From the NCBI GenBank assembly GCA_002633005.1, contig NMRA01000429.1, positions 305,532 to 369,531 of the forward strand: a stretch of DNA of 64,000 nt. Reading direction: 5' to 3'. Each line of letters opens with the position of its first letter. The stretch's first letter is position 1. Of the stretch, positions 36,200-51,171 are shown piece after piece. The stretch is from Phoronis australis. Taxonomy: Eukaryota; Animalia; Phoronida. A model generated the notes under the pieces. It saw only the letters and a list, made by a program, of their open reading frames with translations, did not search any database and was not told the origin of the DNA. Both the position numbers and the translations under genes were made by a program.

Positions 36200-37852
36200 G
36201 GAGGTTGGTTCGATTATATACGCTTGAGACGTGTGGCTGTCTGCTGCTAGTTGTGCCGGTTTGTACAGCTGTACTGACTCTGCGAAGCCGAAGGTGAGTC
36301 GATAACCTGACGCAGCCGAACCTGGCTTTGGGTCGAGGGGGTCGTGGGTCGAGAGTGTCGAGGGGGGGGCTTAGAACAATCCCGGTAACGGTCATTTGTA
36401 ATAAAACATCCAAAAATTTCAATTTATTACAGAAGACATTTCTCAGATTAGTCGACAAAACGTTTCACAGTCGTACCAACAGAACATAAGCAACGTCTAG
36501 TATAGGCAGTGCAACAGTTGTGGTCTTGAAAACAGACTGTTTGAAATAGCTCAATAACGGTGTATTTGTGTAACATTCGGGATACTCAAAGTCAAGAAAA
36601 GCAGTCTACGCCGGCGAAAAAGACGAGGTGTAAAAAACATAAATCAATTTCATCACAATTGGCTTTTCAGTAGCCCATGTAAATTTCACAGTTTTACCAG
36701 AGGTGTCTTTGTTTAGGCAGCTGTAATTAGGAAAGCTAATGGGATGACCCCCAGTTTGTTTTGAAGCTTGCAGTAAGCAGACTAAAATATATAATCTGAA
36801 CATTAAAGGAAACTAGACGATAAATTGTAAGTGTATCATTTAAAAATTTTCAGAACTGTGTCAAACCCCATAAGCTATAAAAATGGCAAAATTCAAATGT
36901 TCATATATTGAAACTGTGATAGAGAAAAGTGCAAGATTGGCTATTTTCAGTATGTTCAGAAAAGTAACAAACAGTCATTTTTATGGTCTCTTTAGTGGGA
37001 AGACGCTGCAACCGTCTTGCTCAACGTGGAAAGTAGGGACGCTCGTCCCCTTGCCCCCACTTACTACGCCTATAAGTAGCCTAGATGTATCAACTCAAAG
37101 CAGTCGAGTAAAGATTTCGAAAAGAGCGTCACCCTGACATAGGGTCATTGGAAGCTCTTTTGAAATTTTGCGGAAAGGTGGCCACGGGCGTCTCTTTTAT
37201 CGATACAAATACTACACATTTTGAAATTCGTCATTCTTTTAAGTAAAATTTTAATAAGTTGCACAATAAATAAGATATTGCATAATAATATCTTTTACCT
37301 CTCGTAGTCCTTAAAATTTCCATTTTACATGGTATCTTATTTTAGTCCGGTGAAGGAGGGGGCTCAGGGAGACGATAAATTTTGCATGTATTATATGCCT
37401 TGGTGTGTGTGTGATCATGGTGTGGCTGTGATAGAGAAATCATCAATTTTTGTACTTTTTAAGGTTTTTACCTATAGGCCTTCATGGGTTCACGAAGAAA
37501 ATGACACCTGTTGGCATATCGGAAACAACCATTTTTCTATATGAAAAACATGCAGATTGCATGCAATGAGAGGAAACACACAATGGGAGTAGGAAGTCAT
37601 GCAGAAGGACTATCACCGAAAATTGATGCATATAATTTCACTGTGTCCATCAAATACACGAGAGAAAATCTGGAGGCATTTTTGTAGGGTTGAAAGTGGA
37701 TGGATCTTGGATGCGTGAACAAATTTAACAACTCTCTCGAATCAGCTTTTTCATTTTGTTGTTGTTGTTGTTTAAAACTGTTCCAATATTCTATATTCTG
37801 CGCTAAAATGAAAATGTCTTGTAAAAATAGTAGGCAGCGTTCTGCATTGTGC

Positions 37853-38380
37853 ACCTGAACCTGCTATCCCGGTATCCTATGGATACTGCAGGATGAGTAT
37901 ACGCAACTGGGTACTCTACCCAGTCAGCAGCCCAGTGGGAATCACTTGATTCTTGCAGAGAGACCAAGGAGAGTTTTCCCAACGGGATCAACCCAAAAGG
38001 TTAAAAACCCTTGGGAGTCTTGATAGATTGGGCATAAAACACGTCATTCAAATTTTGACGGGCAACTGTAACGTAGCCCGACACAGACACATAACTGGGC
38101 ATATGGGGAGCCCAGTGTGTCCCGACTGTGGTACTGTCGTTAAAACCCTGAACACCTGGTAGAGTCTTGCTCAGCTTTTTATGGACTAAGGAGCAACCTA
38201 CTGGATGGCACTGTTACATGCCTAGAACATATAGTGCATCGCAACAAATGGAAACGTCTGTCCATTTTCTTAAAGGAGACAGGCAGACTTGAAAACTTCC
38301 TTTACGAAGAGCCATAACGAGGCTCTCGTGCTTCTTGATCAGGTGTTTGGTGCCGCAATGACATCAGGCCACCTGCACTT
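37853..38380 (+). mobile_element. Non-LTR retrotransposon 3' fragment (R1/LOA-like)
   Basis: EPAIPVSYG..., IQILTGNCNVARH...SPVCPDCG zinc knuckle; frameshifted. Confidence 0.7.
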
Positions 38381-39479
38381 TTTCTACACTTTTTAACCGA
38401 ATATTATTTATAACTTCATTACATTTGAAATGATTTCAAGCAGAAAAAATTAATGAGTATCAACATTTTAGTGACCATAACGATGTCTGACATATTCATA
38501 TACCATTTTACCCATTTGGCGTTCACAGCAGACCGTGCGTGAGAGGTTACACAGGCACAGGTGATGACACGTATTCCTGTTGCGAGTATCCGAATCAATT
38601 AACCCTCATAGACAAATTTTAAAACTGATATGAATAAATCGTGCATTTTTTATGAAATGTTAAGATTTTGCGCAATTTATATGAGACTCTTCTGAAATAA
38701 GGGTTTGAGACTATATGAACTGAGCGAATCGAATATCATTTTTTTTCACTTTGAAGATGAAAGTCTAAATCACCTGAAAAGCATCCGATGTGTGCAATAC
38801 AAAAATTAAAAATATCTATGTCGCACAGTGCGTTTAAAAGTTATCTCTATTTCTTGTAAATTTTGGGTCGCTTTTTGATCGGGTCGGCGGTTTTGGATGA
38901 CCGCGGCATAGGTTGCGAGTTTAAAAGTGTTTATGAAGCTAATTTGTTATCGGTGAAGATTACCTACATTGTAGGACAAATTTTTACATGTAGACAAGCT
39001 GCTACTAAAAAGCAGCTTTGTACAATTTCCCGGCATCTGAGCTAAGAATGTACGGAATGTCAATGTGAAGTTCCCATTCACTTGAACTTGCACTCTGCTA
39101 TAAAAGCTGACATTGTTTCGAAATCGTTTTTGTTTGAAAGTCAAGTTTTCTTCAAGGTATAAATTAGGTGTCACAATAGGACACGAGTTTTTTTCTAAAT
39201 TTATGTATAAATTGTGTATTTGATACATGTTTTGTACCTAATTACTTTCTACTTCAGGTTCAAAGGTTCAAAGCAACGTGAGAAGAACCTTCATTGGTTT
39301 TCTATAAATAGACCGAGTTTAGATTATGAAGTGTATGAAGCTTACACTCGATCCCTCGTCCTCACGGCCTTCATTATGTTATCGTTTTTGACAAATTCTA
39401 CTTTAAGAAGAAACATTCTATATTACACAGTCGTCATGGTAACAGTTATTCATATCCTCTTTTATACTTAATCTCTATA

Positions 39480-40380
39480 TTAAAGAGTCTTTGGTCGTTT
39501 AAGCTATTAAAGCGGCAGCTGTGTTGCCTTGAACCCGTGGTAGTTTGATGTGCTTGAGTATACTCGTTGTCAGTTCAACCTTTGGCACTGTTGAGTGTAG
39601 GGGATACATTTGTTTATTGTCTTGATATTGCTTTAGCGATTAAAGTGAAACATTGAACCTGAAAATCTTTGTAGTTGCGGTGGTTTTAAGTTTCTTCCTA
39701 TGCTTTGGCCAAAATCTGATTTAACTGATTTTCCAAGAGGGTCACAGGTTTTAATAGTGTCAGTGAATCCTGTTTTAAAAAATTGTCTACAGTCCATCAA
39801 AACCGAAAGAAGATTTAGACTTGAGATTTCGAATATGTTTCAATACAATATTTTCAGACACGGGGTTGAATTTGAAAGTGTTTTTTGGGAAGAGTTGAAA
39901 AATAATTGGAAATTTCATCAAAAGAATGTCCTGTCTCTGGGGTAGATTTTTCCCTATGCTAACGAAAAAGTGATTAAATGTGTACACAAGTTCTTTTTGA
40001 TTGGTAATTGTGTTTGTTGATATTGATAAATTTCGTTGATGTACTTTCTTTTGAAAGGTTGTTTGTTACAGTCGAAATAGTTTCCCACGTTTTCGTTATG
40101 TCGTAAGGTTATTGGTTTTGTGAAATTCTTGTCCACAAACCTTTGTTTTTGCTTGCGTTAATTAGGACATATTTGAGAATGTTGTTATAAACGCGTAGCT
40201 TGTGTTTATAAACTGAGTAAACGGGCAAGGTAGAAGATGTTCTTTTCAGTTTGTAGTAATTATAGTTTGTCTCTAAATTTTATTGAGAGGAGTATGACGC
40301 GCATCATGCATGTATTCGTTTTGTGCTTAGTTTTGTTGAACTTAACAGTTTTAGTTGTTTATCTCGTAGTGAAGTTAAGA
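39480..40380 (-). mobile_element. Decayed LINE ORF2 fragment (endonuclease-RT linker)
   Basis: FNHFFVSIGKNL and FKFNPVSENIVLKHIRNLKSKSSFGFDGL. Confidence 0.75.
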
Positions 40381-42920
40381 TGTTAATAAATATACATGTA
40401 TTGTAACATTAAAAACCGGATGTTGTGTAAACTGAAGCCACCCATCCCTTTATTGAACAATAGCAATGATGTGTATAAGGTTGACAGGCTGAAAGCGCAT
40501 CACACCTCAAAGAAAAGCAACATAGATAGGCACTGTGTTAGCAACAATCACCAAGCCAATTCAGTTAATCAGTAGAGAACCTAATAAGGAATTACTGTAC
40601 ATTAAAGAGTCATTGGCCATTCAGAACCAGCATGCTACGGATTCTCTGAGTAACATGCAGAGCTCAGTGACCCTGCAACTATGGTGATGACAGCTAATTA
40701 ATATTCCCTGTATCTCTTACTTCACTTTACCTGGGCTGTTTTTTTATTTCTGTGGTGATCTTCCAGTTTTTAATTTTACTATGAGCAAAAACTGATTTAA
40801 TGTATTGTAAATATGGTTGGGATCACACAAGGGATACAAGTTTAAAAGATGGTCGAAATTAATAGAATGTAAGTCATTTCTAAAATTTACTTAGGACTGG
40901 GGGTGCAAGTTTTAGTGGTAGTGTGCTTATGTTTTTGGCATTGCCGTATGTTAACTTATAGATATGAATGATATGAATGTAGGTCAATGATCAGAAAGAT
41001 TGCTAAATAATACGCCACTGTAAAGACTGAGTCAAAGCAGAGGCCTTGATAAAAATGTTGTCGACTAGGGTTCATGAACTTTTGAAGAATTGCGTTGGAA
41101 ATGAATTTTTGGTAAAATGCTTGTTTTTTACATTTGAACGAAGAAGCTGCAATTATTTCGATTGCTCATAATGGAGAACAAGTTAGTATTAAAAACATCA
41201 GCTACTGCAACATTGTCCATATTGATATAATTATCTTAATATAATTATTAGCGTTGGTCGGTTGAACTTTTTAAAGTTATTATCAACACTCAACTCCACA
41301 CAGCTATTAATTCGTTAAAACTGTTACTCTCAAATATATAATTAAATAGGTTTACCTGGTCACAAAACGCTCAGTTCGCTCAGTCCTTCTGTTGCACTTC
41401 TTGAAATGATCCTACTGATCAACTTTCGATCGTTTATAGCCGCTGATAAGTTTCGTTTTGGCAATTACGTGCAATGCATATCGCATTTTATCAGTTAAAA
41501 ATTGCGTGATCACTGATTAATATCATTTTAGAGGTGGACGAAATTGACACTTACGAGACTGATTTATGGATAATTAGAGGCTATCGCATCGTCTTCGATA
41601 ATTACACCGTACTTGAAACCACGTGGTTTTGATACATCGTTGATATTGAAAATGTCTTATGAAGGACCATTATTTGTAATTACAGACAGGGAAAATCTAG
41701 TCAAATTAACTTCATTAAGACATGTTATACACATCAATTTTGGTCACCTTCAGCATGCTGTTCCCTTTTTCAGTCCTGCCATTAAATACTTACGCTAATT
41801 GCATTGAGATTATGTCAGGAGCTCCCAAGTAGTGGTGAATAAAAACTTTCGGTAGCGCCGGAACTAATCGTAGTTCATGGCGTCATCTTGAAGAGCAGTG
41901 ATTTGATTTGATTTGTTTGACAATACACGTGAACAGAAACACTGAAGAATACATATTACTTTTATATATGTATTTTTACATAAATCTCCACAGGCCCAGT
42001 AGTACATTACAAACATGAACTTGCTATATAATAACATTTCTTGAAATTTCAACCAGAATCTTGTAAAACAACAAGTGCACAGAGGTACCGTCATTATTGA
42101 TAATACGATGAAAAGCGAAGCCTTGTTGTGAGAGCACGCGTAGAAATGTCTAAAGGTGAACAACTATGTTCACAATTGTCGCATCACGTCCCTGGACCTT
42201 GCAGTCATTCGATTAAGCTTTACAAGAAAGAACACAATGCAAAACGCCAAACGCACTAGAGAGCTTTTCAAAAGATCTGTCTTAACCAGTCATCATTGCT
42301 TCGAAGGAAATCGCGTGCCAGGATTTTTCATGTATTTTTTTAAATATTTATTTGCGTTTAGAGTTAGAAGTAACACTGATACTGCTATTTTTAGCAATTT
42401 TACTCCAAGGCATTTTAAAAATTGATAAAAGTTGAACACGAAGCTTGCACAGACGAACCTCGTTACAGCGTACATAAAGAAATTTGTTGGTTATAAATAC
42501 AGTCATTTTCAACTCAATCCTTAATAGACCAACACAGGAAAAATCTAGACTTTAATTTGTGTATTTTAGATCTCTGTAAATCCTATAAACAAGGTAGTAA
42601 AATTTATATTGTAACGAGGTTTGACTGTATAGTGCAAGTGTTTCGAACATATCTTGACTTACTAACACTCACAAAATGTAATACAGGGGTTTTGGGGCAC
42701 TTTTTGAAGTCATTTTTGATGTTTCATAGCTTGTATACTTTGATTGACCAACAAAACACCTTTAAAGTGGTTACAGAAACGATATGAATTTGTTTGCTAG
42801 TGGAGTATGGAAAGCCTTAGTTGAAACAATTCCAGGACACGTAGTTCTCTTCAAGAATTAAAATCGCTGCAGGACCATAAAACCAACTAAAAATCAGTAT
42901 ATATCACGCTCGGACCTATG

Positions 42921-43425
42921 CAGGCCTATGGACCAAAATTCAACACGTCATGACATAAAATTTATCATGACAGAACAGGAGATCTATCATGCTAGGACAG
43001 AAAAATTTCGTGCTAGGAGATCACGTGACCATCCTACATGTATATCCGAGAATAATGACGATTTGTTGTCACAGTCTCTTTGCGGTAGTATTGAAATCTA
43101 ATGTCCAAAAGGCCAAGTGTATATTGGCTTTTAAAGCATCCAAGAGTCAAAAGAAATCTAATCTCATTACCACGATAATATGACTATCATTGGCAAGTTA
43201 TATTTGAACTTTTTGCCCATGTGTACTTATAGTAGCGACGTTATCACGTTGAGGGGCCAACGCTTGTGGATGGTCACGTGCTCTCCTTGCACGAAAACTT
43301 TTTGGCGTGATAAATTTTCGGTACTGGCGTGTTAATCTCTGATTCTGCAGTGTTAAATTGTCAATCCTGACGTGATAAATTATAGGTCCTGACGTGACAG
43401 TAAATTTTGGCCTTGATCAAGCCTG
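42921..43425. mobile_element. MITE with degenerate long inverted arms
   Basis: CAGGC...GCCTG termini; CACGTCATGAC..AATTTATCA versus TGATAAATT..GTCCTGACGTG. Confidence 0.55.
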
Positions 43426-45331
43426 TGATCATGTAGACTGAATTGTTGTATCCCATTATGTGTTATCAATACCAGCTTAATTTTCGAATAGCACTGATTC
43501 TAATTGATTCACGTGTACGCTATTGCATTCATTAGGAATGAAAAGAGACAATTGCACGATAATTTCTAATTTAGTGTCCATTAAATAAGACCCCCTAGTA
43601 TGTTGTAATCGAACAACTTGCGTTTCCGTTTATGCTAAGATCGTCGAAAAAGCAGGTGGGTACTGCGAGTAAATGATCTCTGAAAAAGGAAACTATAAAC
43701 GCACAACTCTGGCTTGGCAGAACCATTAGTCGAACTACCGTCTTTGATTAGAGCTGGCGACCCTGAGAGTAACTGCGAGAGGTTGTATTGAGAATTTGCG
43801 GTTGTCTGATAGACTGAGTTTTAATCGTGCGTTGTAGAAATTAAAACAAGTCTAATTCCATTGCTTCATTTTCATTTTGTCATTTTTGTTCATCAAGCGT
43901 GATTATTGAGGTAGGCCTACGTTTCCGGACAACCAGCGATTTCCCGCCAAAATTCACCAACAAACCCCCAATAAACATTGGTCGTTCCTTTTGCCCTGGC
44001 TGGATGCCGTAAATAGTCAAAGATAAAGAGGAAAACGAGAGAAATGAAATTGCCACCAGGGGTCTCAGCGTTAGTCAGATGCTTTCATAAGTCATCATCA
44101 TCCATTGTCATCTTCCTTCAAATACAAATTTAGAAAGATCCTGCAGAGGGTTTAGGAGATAAATACAAGAACACAAAAAACTGCCACCATAATGTGCTAC
44201 AGTAGTCCCAGACGTCAGAAAAATCATCGCCAACCGCTCTATTCCCAGTAGGAACATATTTGCCACTTTTCATAAACATCCTTAGAGTGGTTTGAATGAT
44301 AGAGAGGCGGACTCAAAAATGAGCAAAACGGCCACTGGGTGGCGTGCGCATCGCCAAATCCATCTGAAAACGAAAAGGTGTCATCGCCCCTTTAAAAGAA
44401 ACCTATTTGCCAAATTTCATAAAAATCCGTAGAGGAACTCCTAAGATACATATATCTTAAAAATAAATGTGTTTAGGAAAGTAAAGCGACGCCGTTGTAA
44501 TACCTTCATTACTGCCTGGGTTGTGTTGGTGTTGTATGATTTGGATTTCATATGGCAAAGTCAGTCGTTTTTATTCATTAGAGTTTAAAAAACTGATTAA
44601 TTCCATTCTCTCACTCCCCATTTAGTTCGCAATACTGTCATAAAACTTGACGTACGCCATTTTTCATTTTAGCGAGAGCTAAATTGGCCCAAAGCAGAAT
44701 TTTTACTCCTATTTTAATCGATTAAAAAGTTTGAAAATACTAGCTATAGTCAGTGAAACCTACCAAACTTATCATGCACACCTTCCACATACCCCAGTCC
44801 CTGGATGTCGTTGTACCTCAATGTGCTTATTGCAAGCAAGGTTTTGTTGTATGACAAAACACGTGCGCAAAACAAAAAGATATAATCACTGACGGTCTGT
44901 GAACATAACCATACACGGGAATGATACAGGGTCTAAAACCGAAACGTAAATCATTTTCATTTGTTTATTTTTTCTACGCAATCCAGGTATAGCAACAGCA
45001 ATGTGTTCCATAGAGACAAGAATCTTGTGGAAACGGAATGTCTCGCAACTACACAAAACTGATCTTGCTCTCGGTGGTATTTTTGAAACTGGACTCTGGA
45101 ACCGGGTATGAAGCCATGTGCAGGGATATAGGCGGACACTAGAAAGACTGGGGAGTTTATTCTTCAGCTCGCTTTTTCCTATCAAACACATTTCGCCGGC
45201 GGGTCAAAACTCGATGGCTCATGTATTGTCAAAACTAAATTGTATTGAATTAAATCAAATTTAAAAGATATTTGGTCATGAAAGTAAAACGATGCCCTGA
45301 AAGCTGTAACCGAAGTATGAAACGTTTTTAA

Positions 45332-47080
45332 GGGAGAATGCCACCCGATTTAATTAGCCTTTTTTGCCGTCTTAATCAGTCTATATCCACATCGCCTCGC
45401 ATACGGTCGACCTTACCTTGCCAAGAGGTGTCGCGTTAACCGGTGAGGAAGGTGAGAAACGACGCTAGCAACGTCAGTGGTTCATATGCAGAGTGAATGC
45501 CGCTATGTTGCTGTGCATCGTTCCCGCTTGTCTGGACTAAGCAGCTGCGAGGAAAGCGGGTATGTCGGTTTTTTTTTACTTCCTTGAGAGTCCGAAATGC
45601 TTAGGAAGTGGCTCATTGTAGCGAAGAATGAAATGTGCGATGTACATGTAAATAGCAAGTGTGAGGCCGGGAAACAGCTCCGTGTCTGTGGCCTCAGTGA
45701 AGACGTCGCCAGTGCCTGACAAATGCCTGCTTACTAAATAACTCCATACGTTCCGTTGTCTGAGCTTGTATTTCTTCATCACTGTATTCCTGTTCGAATT
45801 GATAGCCTGTAAAACTTAACGATCCACCTGCGAAGTCGGGATTGATGAGCTCTAGCTCGTTCTAAATCGGGATTGCGAGTTGCCATGTTGGCGTTAATTA
45901 CTCAGCGTTCTGTTTCAAAATGAATTATTCTCACCCTAACCAATACTTAAATAAAACTGAAACAAAGTCTGTCTCATTAGATGCAATTTGTAATGCCTTT
46001 GGAGTGTTCGTGAGTGCAAATGATTTGAGAAGCCAACAATGAATAAATCACTGCATTACCGGCTTTAGGTGAAATAAAACTAATTGACGGGACACCTAGG
46101 ACGTATGACCTCATGGTAATTTAGTGTTTGGTGGCAGAAACTGTTGTGATTTCCATCCCACGGCCAGGTGTTAAGGGAATGTTTATTTACATTTACATTA
46201 CTCAAATAATGATTGTATTGTCAATGTACAACTTCTGCCCTGACGGTGCTGTGGCCAAAGCGGAAGCTCAGTGAATTCGCGGCCCCCCGAACATGAAGAG
46301 TAAGTAGATTTGCAGGTTCGTGGCTAATTCACCAACATAATCAGGTGCACATTACTTTGGCTCACTAGTATAGTATTTTCTTGACTGGAAGTTTAGTTTC
46401 CACTGAACTTTGGCTGGTTTATATTCGTGATGTCTGATCAGTTTCCGAGCCACTGGCCNNNNNNNNNNNNNNNNNNNNNNNNNNNNNNNNNNNNNNNNNN
46501 NNNNNNNNNNNNNNNNNNNNNNNNNNNNNNNNNNATCGGATACTTCGAGTCAATTCGGTCGGCCGCCGACGGGCCTGCTGATCCGGCTCCGAGCCACTGG
46601 CCAGGCTAACAAGCGTTTTCTGTGTTTAGAACTCAAAAAAAGTATAAACAACACAGATCTAGGTTGTCCTGTCTGTATCTCACGGAAAATACTTCAAAAT
46701 TATCTCCGAACAGACCCCAAACTCCCGTCCTGCTACGGACCTTACTGCCCTGCCGAACTTTGTAGGCTACGGTGTAATCCGTAAGAGCGAAATCAAACAA
46801 CACGTTTTTATAAGAACTCGGTGTATTTTTAAGGGTTTTACATCGAAGTTTGATGATTTATTGGTGTAAAACGATGACTTCAAGCGATAAGCTGACACTA
46901 GTAACCCGTGTTGTGAACTGCTGAACAAACTGCGTGTGAAACCGATGAAGCCATTGGATAATTTCAACACCTCCGTCTGCCGTCAGGTGTCAGGTAACGC
47001 AACTGTACGTGTGGTTATGGAGTAGAATTACTCGATCTAAATTGATACAAATTAGGTTGTTTTTTGGGTGGCATGCTCAT
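45332..47080 (+). mobile_element. Kolobok-like element, copy 2 (contains N gap 46459-46534)
   Basis: TTAA|GGGAGAATGCCACCC left; GGGTGGCATGCTCAT|ATAA degenerate right TIR; colinear with 29062-30550. Confidence 0.75.
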
Positions 47081-50000
47081 ATAATGTTTTCGAGGGAAGT
47101 TTACAGCTGAACGACGCAATACCTATCAACTTTGGTGTCATTCATGTAAGTGGTCCTGCGGGAACTTATGTGTAATTTCACTGATCGTGACGTCGGAGTT
47201 ACAACTGCTGAAGACAAAAAATTACAAATTCAACCGTGGCATTGAAGTGCAGCAGCCCCTGAGATACCAACGTCAATACACCATCCAGATCAACAAACCC
47301 GTCTTTTGGAAACTCTGAATACCGAAAAAGTGCTCTAAATGGGAATCGTGACATATGTGACCTAGTATTGAAGAGACCGTAGAGATCTTCATGGGAACTA
47401 CATGAATGGAGTATTTTCACAAAACTGAACTGCATGGGGGCTACGACGAAGTCAGATACAGGTCGTTCGTCAGTCTTGATTCGTAGACAGAGGTTTGTCT
47501 CAGTGGTCATGGTCTCTCAAAATTTGACGGATAGTTTAGTGTTTCTGTTTCATGTCCGTCAACTTTCAGCGTCATTTATTTCGATTTAGCACAACTTGTA
47601 CTGCTTTCCACTATCAGGCTCTTCCTGCCCGGCTATGCCGTGATTGACGCGAACACTACCGATCGTAGCATGAGAATATCCATAGGCGAAAGTGACATGT
47701 AAAGTGTTGCTATAAATCTGTCTAAATAGTAAACACGTACAACTGCATGTGCGAGTTTTCTATTTCACCTGCTGAAACGAGCCCTAAAAGCAAAATTGAC
47801 ATCAGCAGCAATTTTGTGCGCCGAAACCCAAATTTTGACGTTTTCCAGTTTATTTTAGAAACTCCGTATGCTAGTCTTTGCACCTTTGCACAGTATGTTG
47901 TATTGTAATACGTTGGTATGCTTGAGAACATAAAAATAGACCTATCCATGCAGATGTTGTTGTTGTAGCAACGTTACATATTGTGCGTATTAATCAATAT
48001 CTTTAAAACCCATCCACAGACCATTTTCGCTCTAACGTCCATAAGGTCCACCTACACAAATATAAAAATATGACTTGTTTTGTGTGACTAGCTTTCCGCA
48101 CCCAAAAAATTGTGCTCATAACTCGATGATTACGCTTTGTTTTGTATAAAACTGAAGTCACAAAAAGCCAAACATTTTACAAAACCCTTGAAAAGGTCAA
48201 ACCAAATATTGTTTTATGCACTACTTATTTTTAAAAGATTGCTGATGTGTTCAGAGTAGTCTCAACAACCGAAACAAAATAGCTTTTTTTATAATGAACA
48301 GGTAAGACAACTATTCCAAGATTAAGGAGACCACGCCCTGCTTCACTAGAGAACGCTTGCTTCCCAACAAGTTTCTGTAAAGGGAAAACACAGTTATTTT
48401 TTATCCTGTCAGCATGTTTACTTAGCCACAAAAATATATTCCAAGTTAAAGCATTGGACGTGGTCTGTTTAAACTTAGAAATAGGTAGAAACAATCACAA
48501 AATTTGGTGAGAGAGAGCGAGTATCAAGAATAAAAACAAATCCTTATACAACGTACCGTAACACTTTTCAGGCTGTTAAGCTACTTGTTGTGGATTTGTT
48601 CGACCATTGTCTCCGATGTCACATGTGGCAGTATTTTTTGACAGAAGACGTCATATGCCGTGACGCGTGCAGTAAAAATGTCCAGTTACTAATTTGGGAA
48701 ACTGAAAGTAGTACTTACTGCTAAAAACTGATTGATTATGGGAGTATGGGTCCGAGTTGAAAGGAAATAAAGACATCACGACGGCTTCCTAAGGTCTCCC
48801 TCTATGTGAAAAAGTTACTTGTAGCAACATGGCTTTGATGGTTCAATCAGTGTGAAGCATAATTACCCTAAAAGCTTACGACGCATGAGAGCCCCAGAGG
48901 AGCTGGACCGTCCCAACTGCCAAGTAGATACGGTGGCACTACCTGTTCTCGTGCCTGTAGTACACCTTACTGTAGATTCCCTAATTTGGCCTTGAAAGAC
49001 TGCGAAACATGGTTTGATAGCATTTTTCACGCATTTCTTGGTGGAATTAAACAAAAATCAACAGAAAGATATTAAAATGTGTTCATTTTTACTTCTAGTA
49101 ATAATTGCTCAAAGTACTTAATTCGGACCAATAGTCGATCAATAAATGTTGGCTGTGGTATAGATTTACGACCAGATAGTTGACTTGGCTTGTGGGATAA
49201 CTGGCCGGCGAGTTTTTAGGTATGATTTTGCCTAAGAGTTTTTCAGGTATGTGTAAACATTTTTACTGTTTTCAATTGTTTCTATAATGGTCCATTTGTA
49301 CAAATTCGTAAAACTGAAAATTTCTGAGCAGTGAATGTTATCTATAGTATTTGCCGTGAAATGAAATTTACCAAATGAAAATTTAATTTTGTAAAAGAAT
49401 CCAATGTAATACTTTGTGTTGCTGACAGCGTACACTGTAGTTGCCGATTATCCCATTCTTGGCGGCCTATGTCATTATTTTCCTTTTTTGCCGCCATCCC
49501 TCCACACTATCAAAATGTCCCGCTGTTTGACAAATTGAAATCATACTATTGTGAATTCCCACGAGGCATAACCTTATTTTCCCGTTCGACGAAAAAGACA
49601 AAACGGTGGTTTTATGGGATTTTGAGGCACCGGTGACCAGCAATTTCTCATTTGACCCAAAAAATCAAAAATACCCGTCGGTACTTTTGAGTGTTACATG
49701 TACTGTACGTCTCCCGTTCTACAAAAAAATGCTGTCTTGAAGTTTTTATGTGGTGCAGCGAACATTTCCCCTCAGATGTCCTGCTTTTTATCCGGAAACC
49801 CCGCTTTTCAATTCGGTTGTCCTATTTTTTCTCTCTCTCTCAAATGTTGGCAACTATGCAACGGTGGTCAAAACAACATTGTCTCTTAGTCGTGAGCATT
49901 GTTATTTTCCAAATTCAACTTTCTTTAGTAACCTAAGAATGGAAAAAATGTGTTCCAATGTCTCTTGTTTAGGGTAGCATGCACCTCATGTATCAGGATG

Positions 50001-51171
50001 ATCAGTAACTTTTAATTTCATAATGGAAAGTCTTACAACGCAACCTGTGTAGTGATCTATCCACAGTACACTTCAATGCTACACCGAATAGATGTTTGCT
50101 CGTTTATTATTTTTTTCAGAAACTCAAAAGCCTTTGTCTGCAAATTTTGAGTAAGTAGTTGGAGTAATTCATCACATTTTTGTAAATGTCACTGGCCTCG
50201 TCTGAATTTTTATTAAAGAAACGTATCAAAAGGCACCAAAGGTCCAAGTAACAGATTAAGATGTTTAATTTTGAATGAATGTCTAACAGCAATGACTGCG
50301 AGGGATCCATATTCTAAAATATTTGTCTGGATAGGGTAGAAATGATTTGAATCGAAATTATTTACCTGCTAGTTAGTTATTTACAAAGCATCCTCGTTCA
50401 GTTTCCTGCTATTACATCTTATCATTTTCGAAGTTTGGTAACATTATTGGTTTTTAGAATTGAAAAATGATTTTTAAACTTGTCAGGTATGCGAAATGTG
50501 GTTTTATATTACCGTATTTATTGTTTGCCTCCTGTATAACCATAAGAACTGATGAAGGGGTTTGTAATGATATTGAATATGACTCTTATCTAATTTGAAC
50601 GGCGGAGTTGCGAAAAGTTTTTGTGGCAGTAAATTTCACAGAAATATGTAACCACTGACACACGAACAAACGAATGCAAACAAAAGCCACCGCCTCCCAG
50701 TGTCTCAATAACTTTTTACAGTCGCCACGTTTAACAAGCTAACGACTGAGGTATGACATATGTGACGTATTTTAATTTGAAAATGAGATCCGTCCTTCCC
50801 GGCGTCGTCCGCGGCTTTTCTTGACAAAAATCTCTGTCAATAAAGTACATGTATGTCAAGCCTCAACTGGTTCAAATAACGATTATATTTGACACGATAT
50901 TCGGCGAGAAATAATCTGTGCGCTGCAAAGTGGCTAATGTCTAGTCGGATGACTCAGTAGGTCTCATTTGCAATATGAAAATAATCAATCAAATCTTGAG
51001 TTCATTGCATGTTTCAGATAACTCAGCTCGGTTACGTTTTACCACCCGTTCGAATAGTTTAATCCTGTCGGACCAGCTCCGATACCACGTAGCAAGGGAA
51101 CTTAAATAGTCACGAGAGGCCCGAGGTCGCGTTTGCGAACTTGTACACAGCGTAGAGTTCAGTAACGCAAA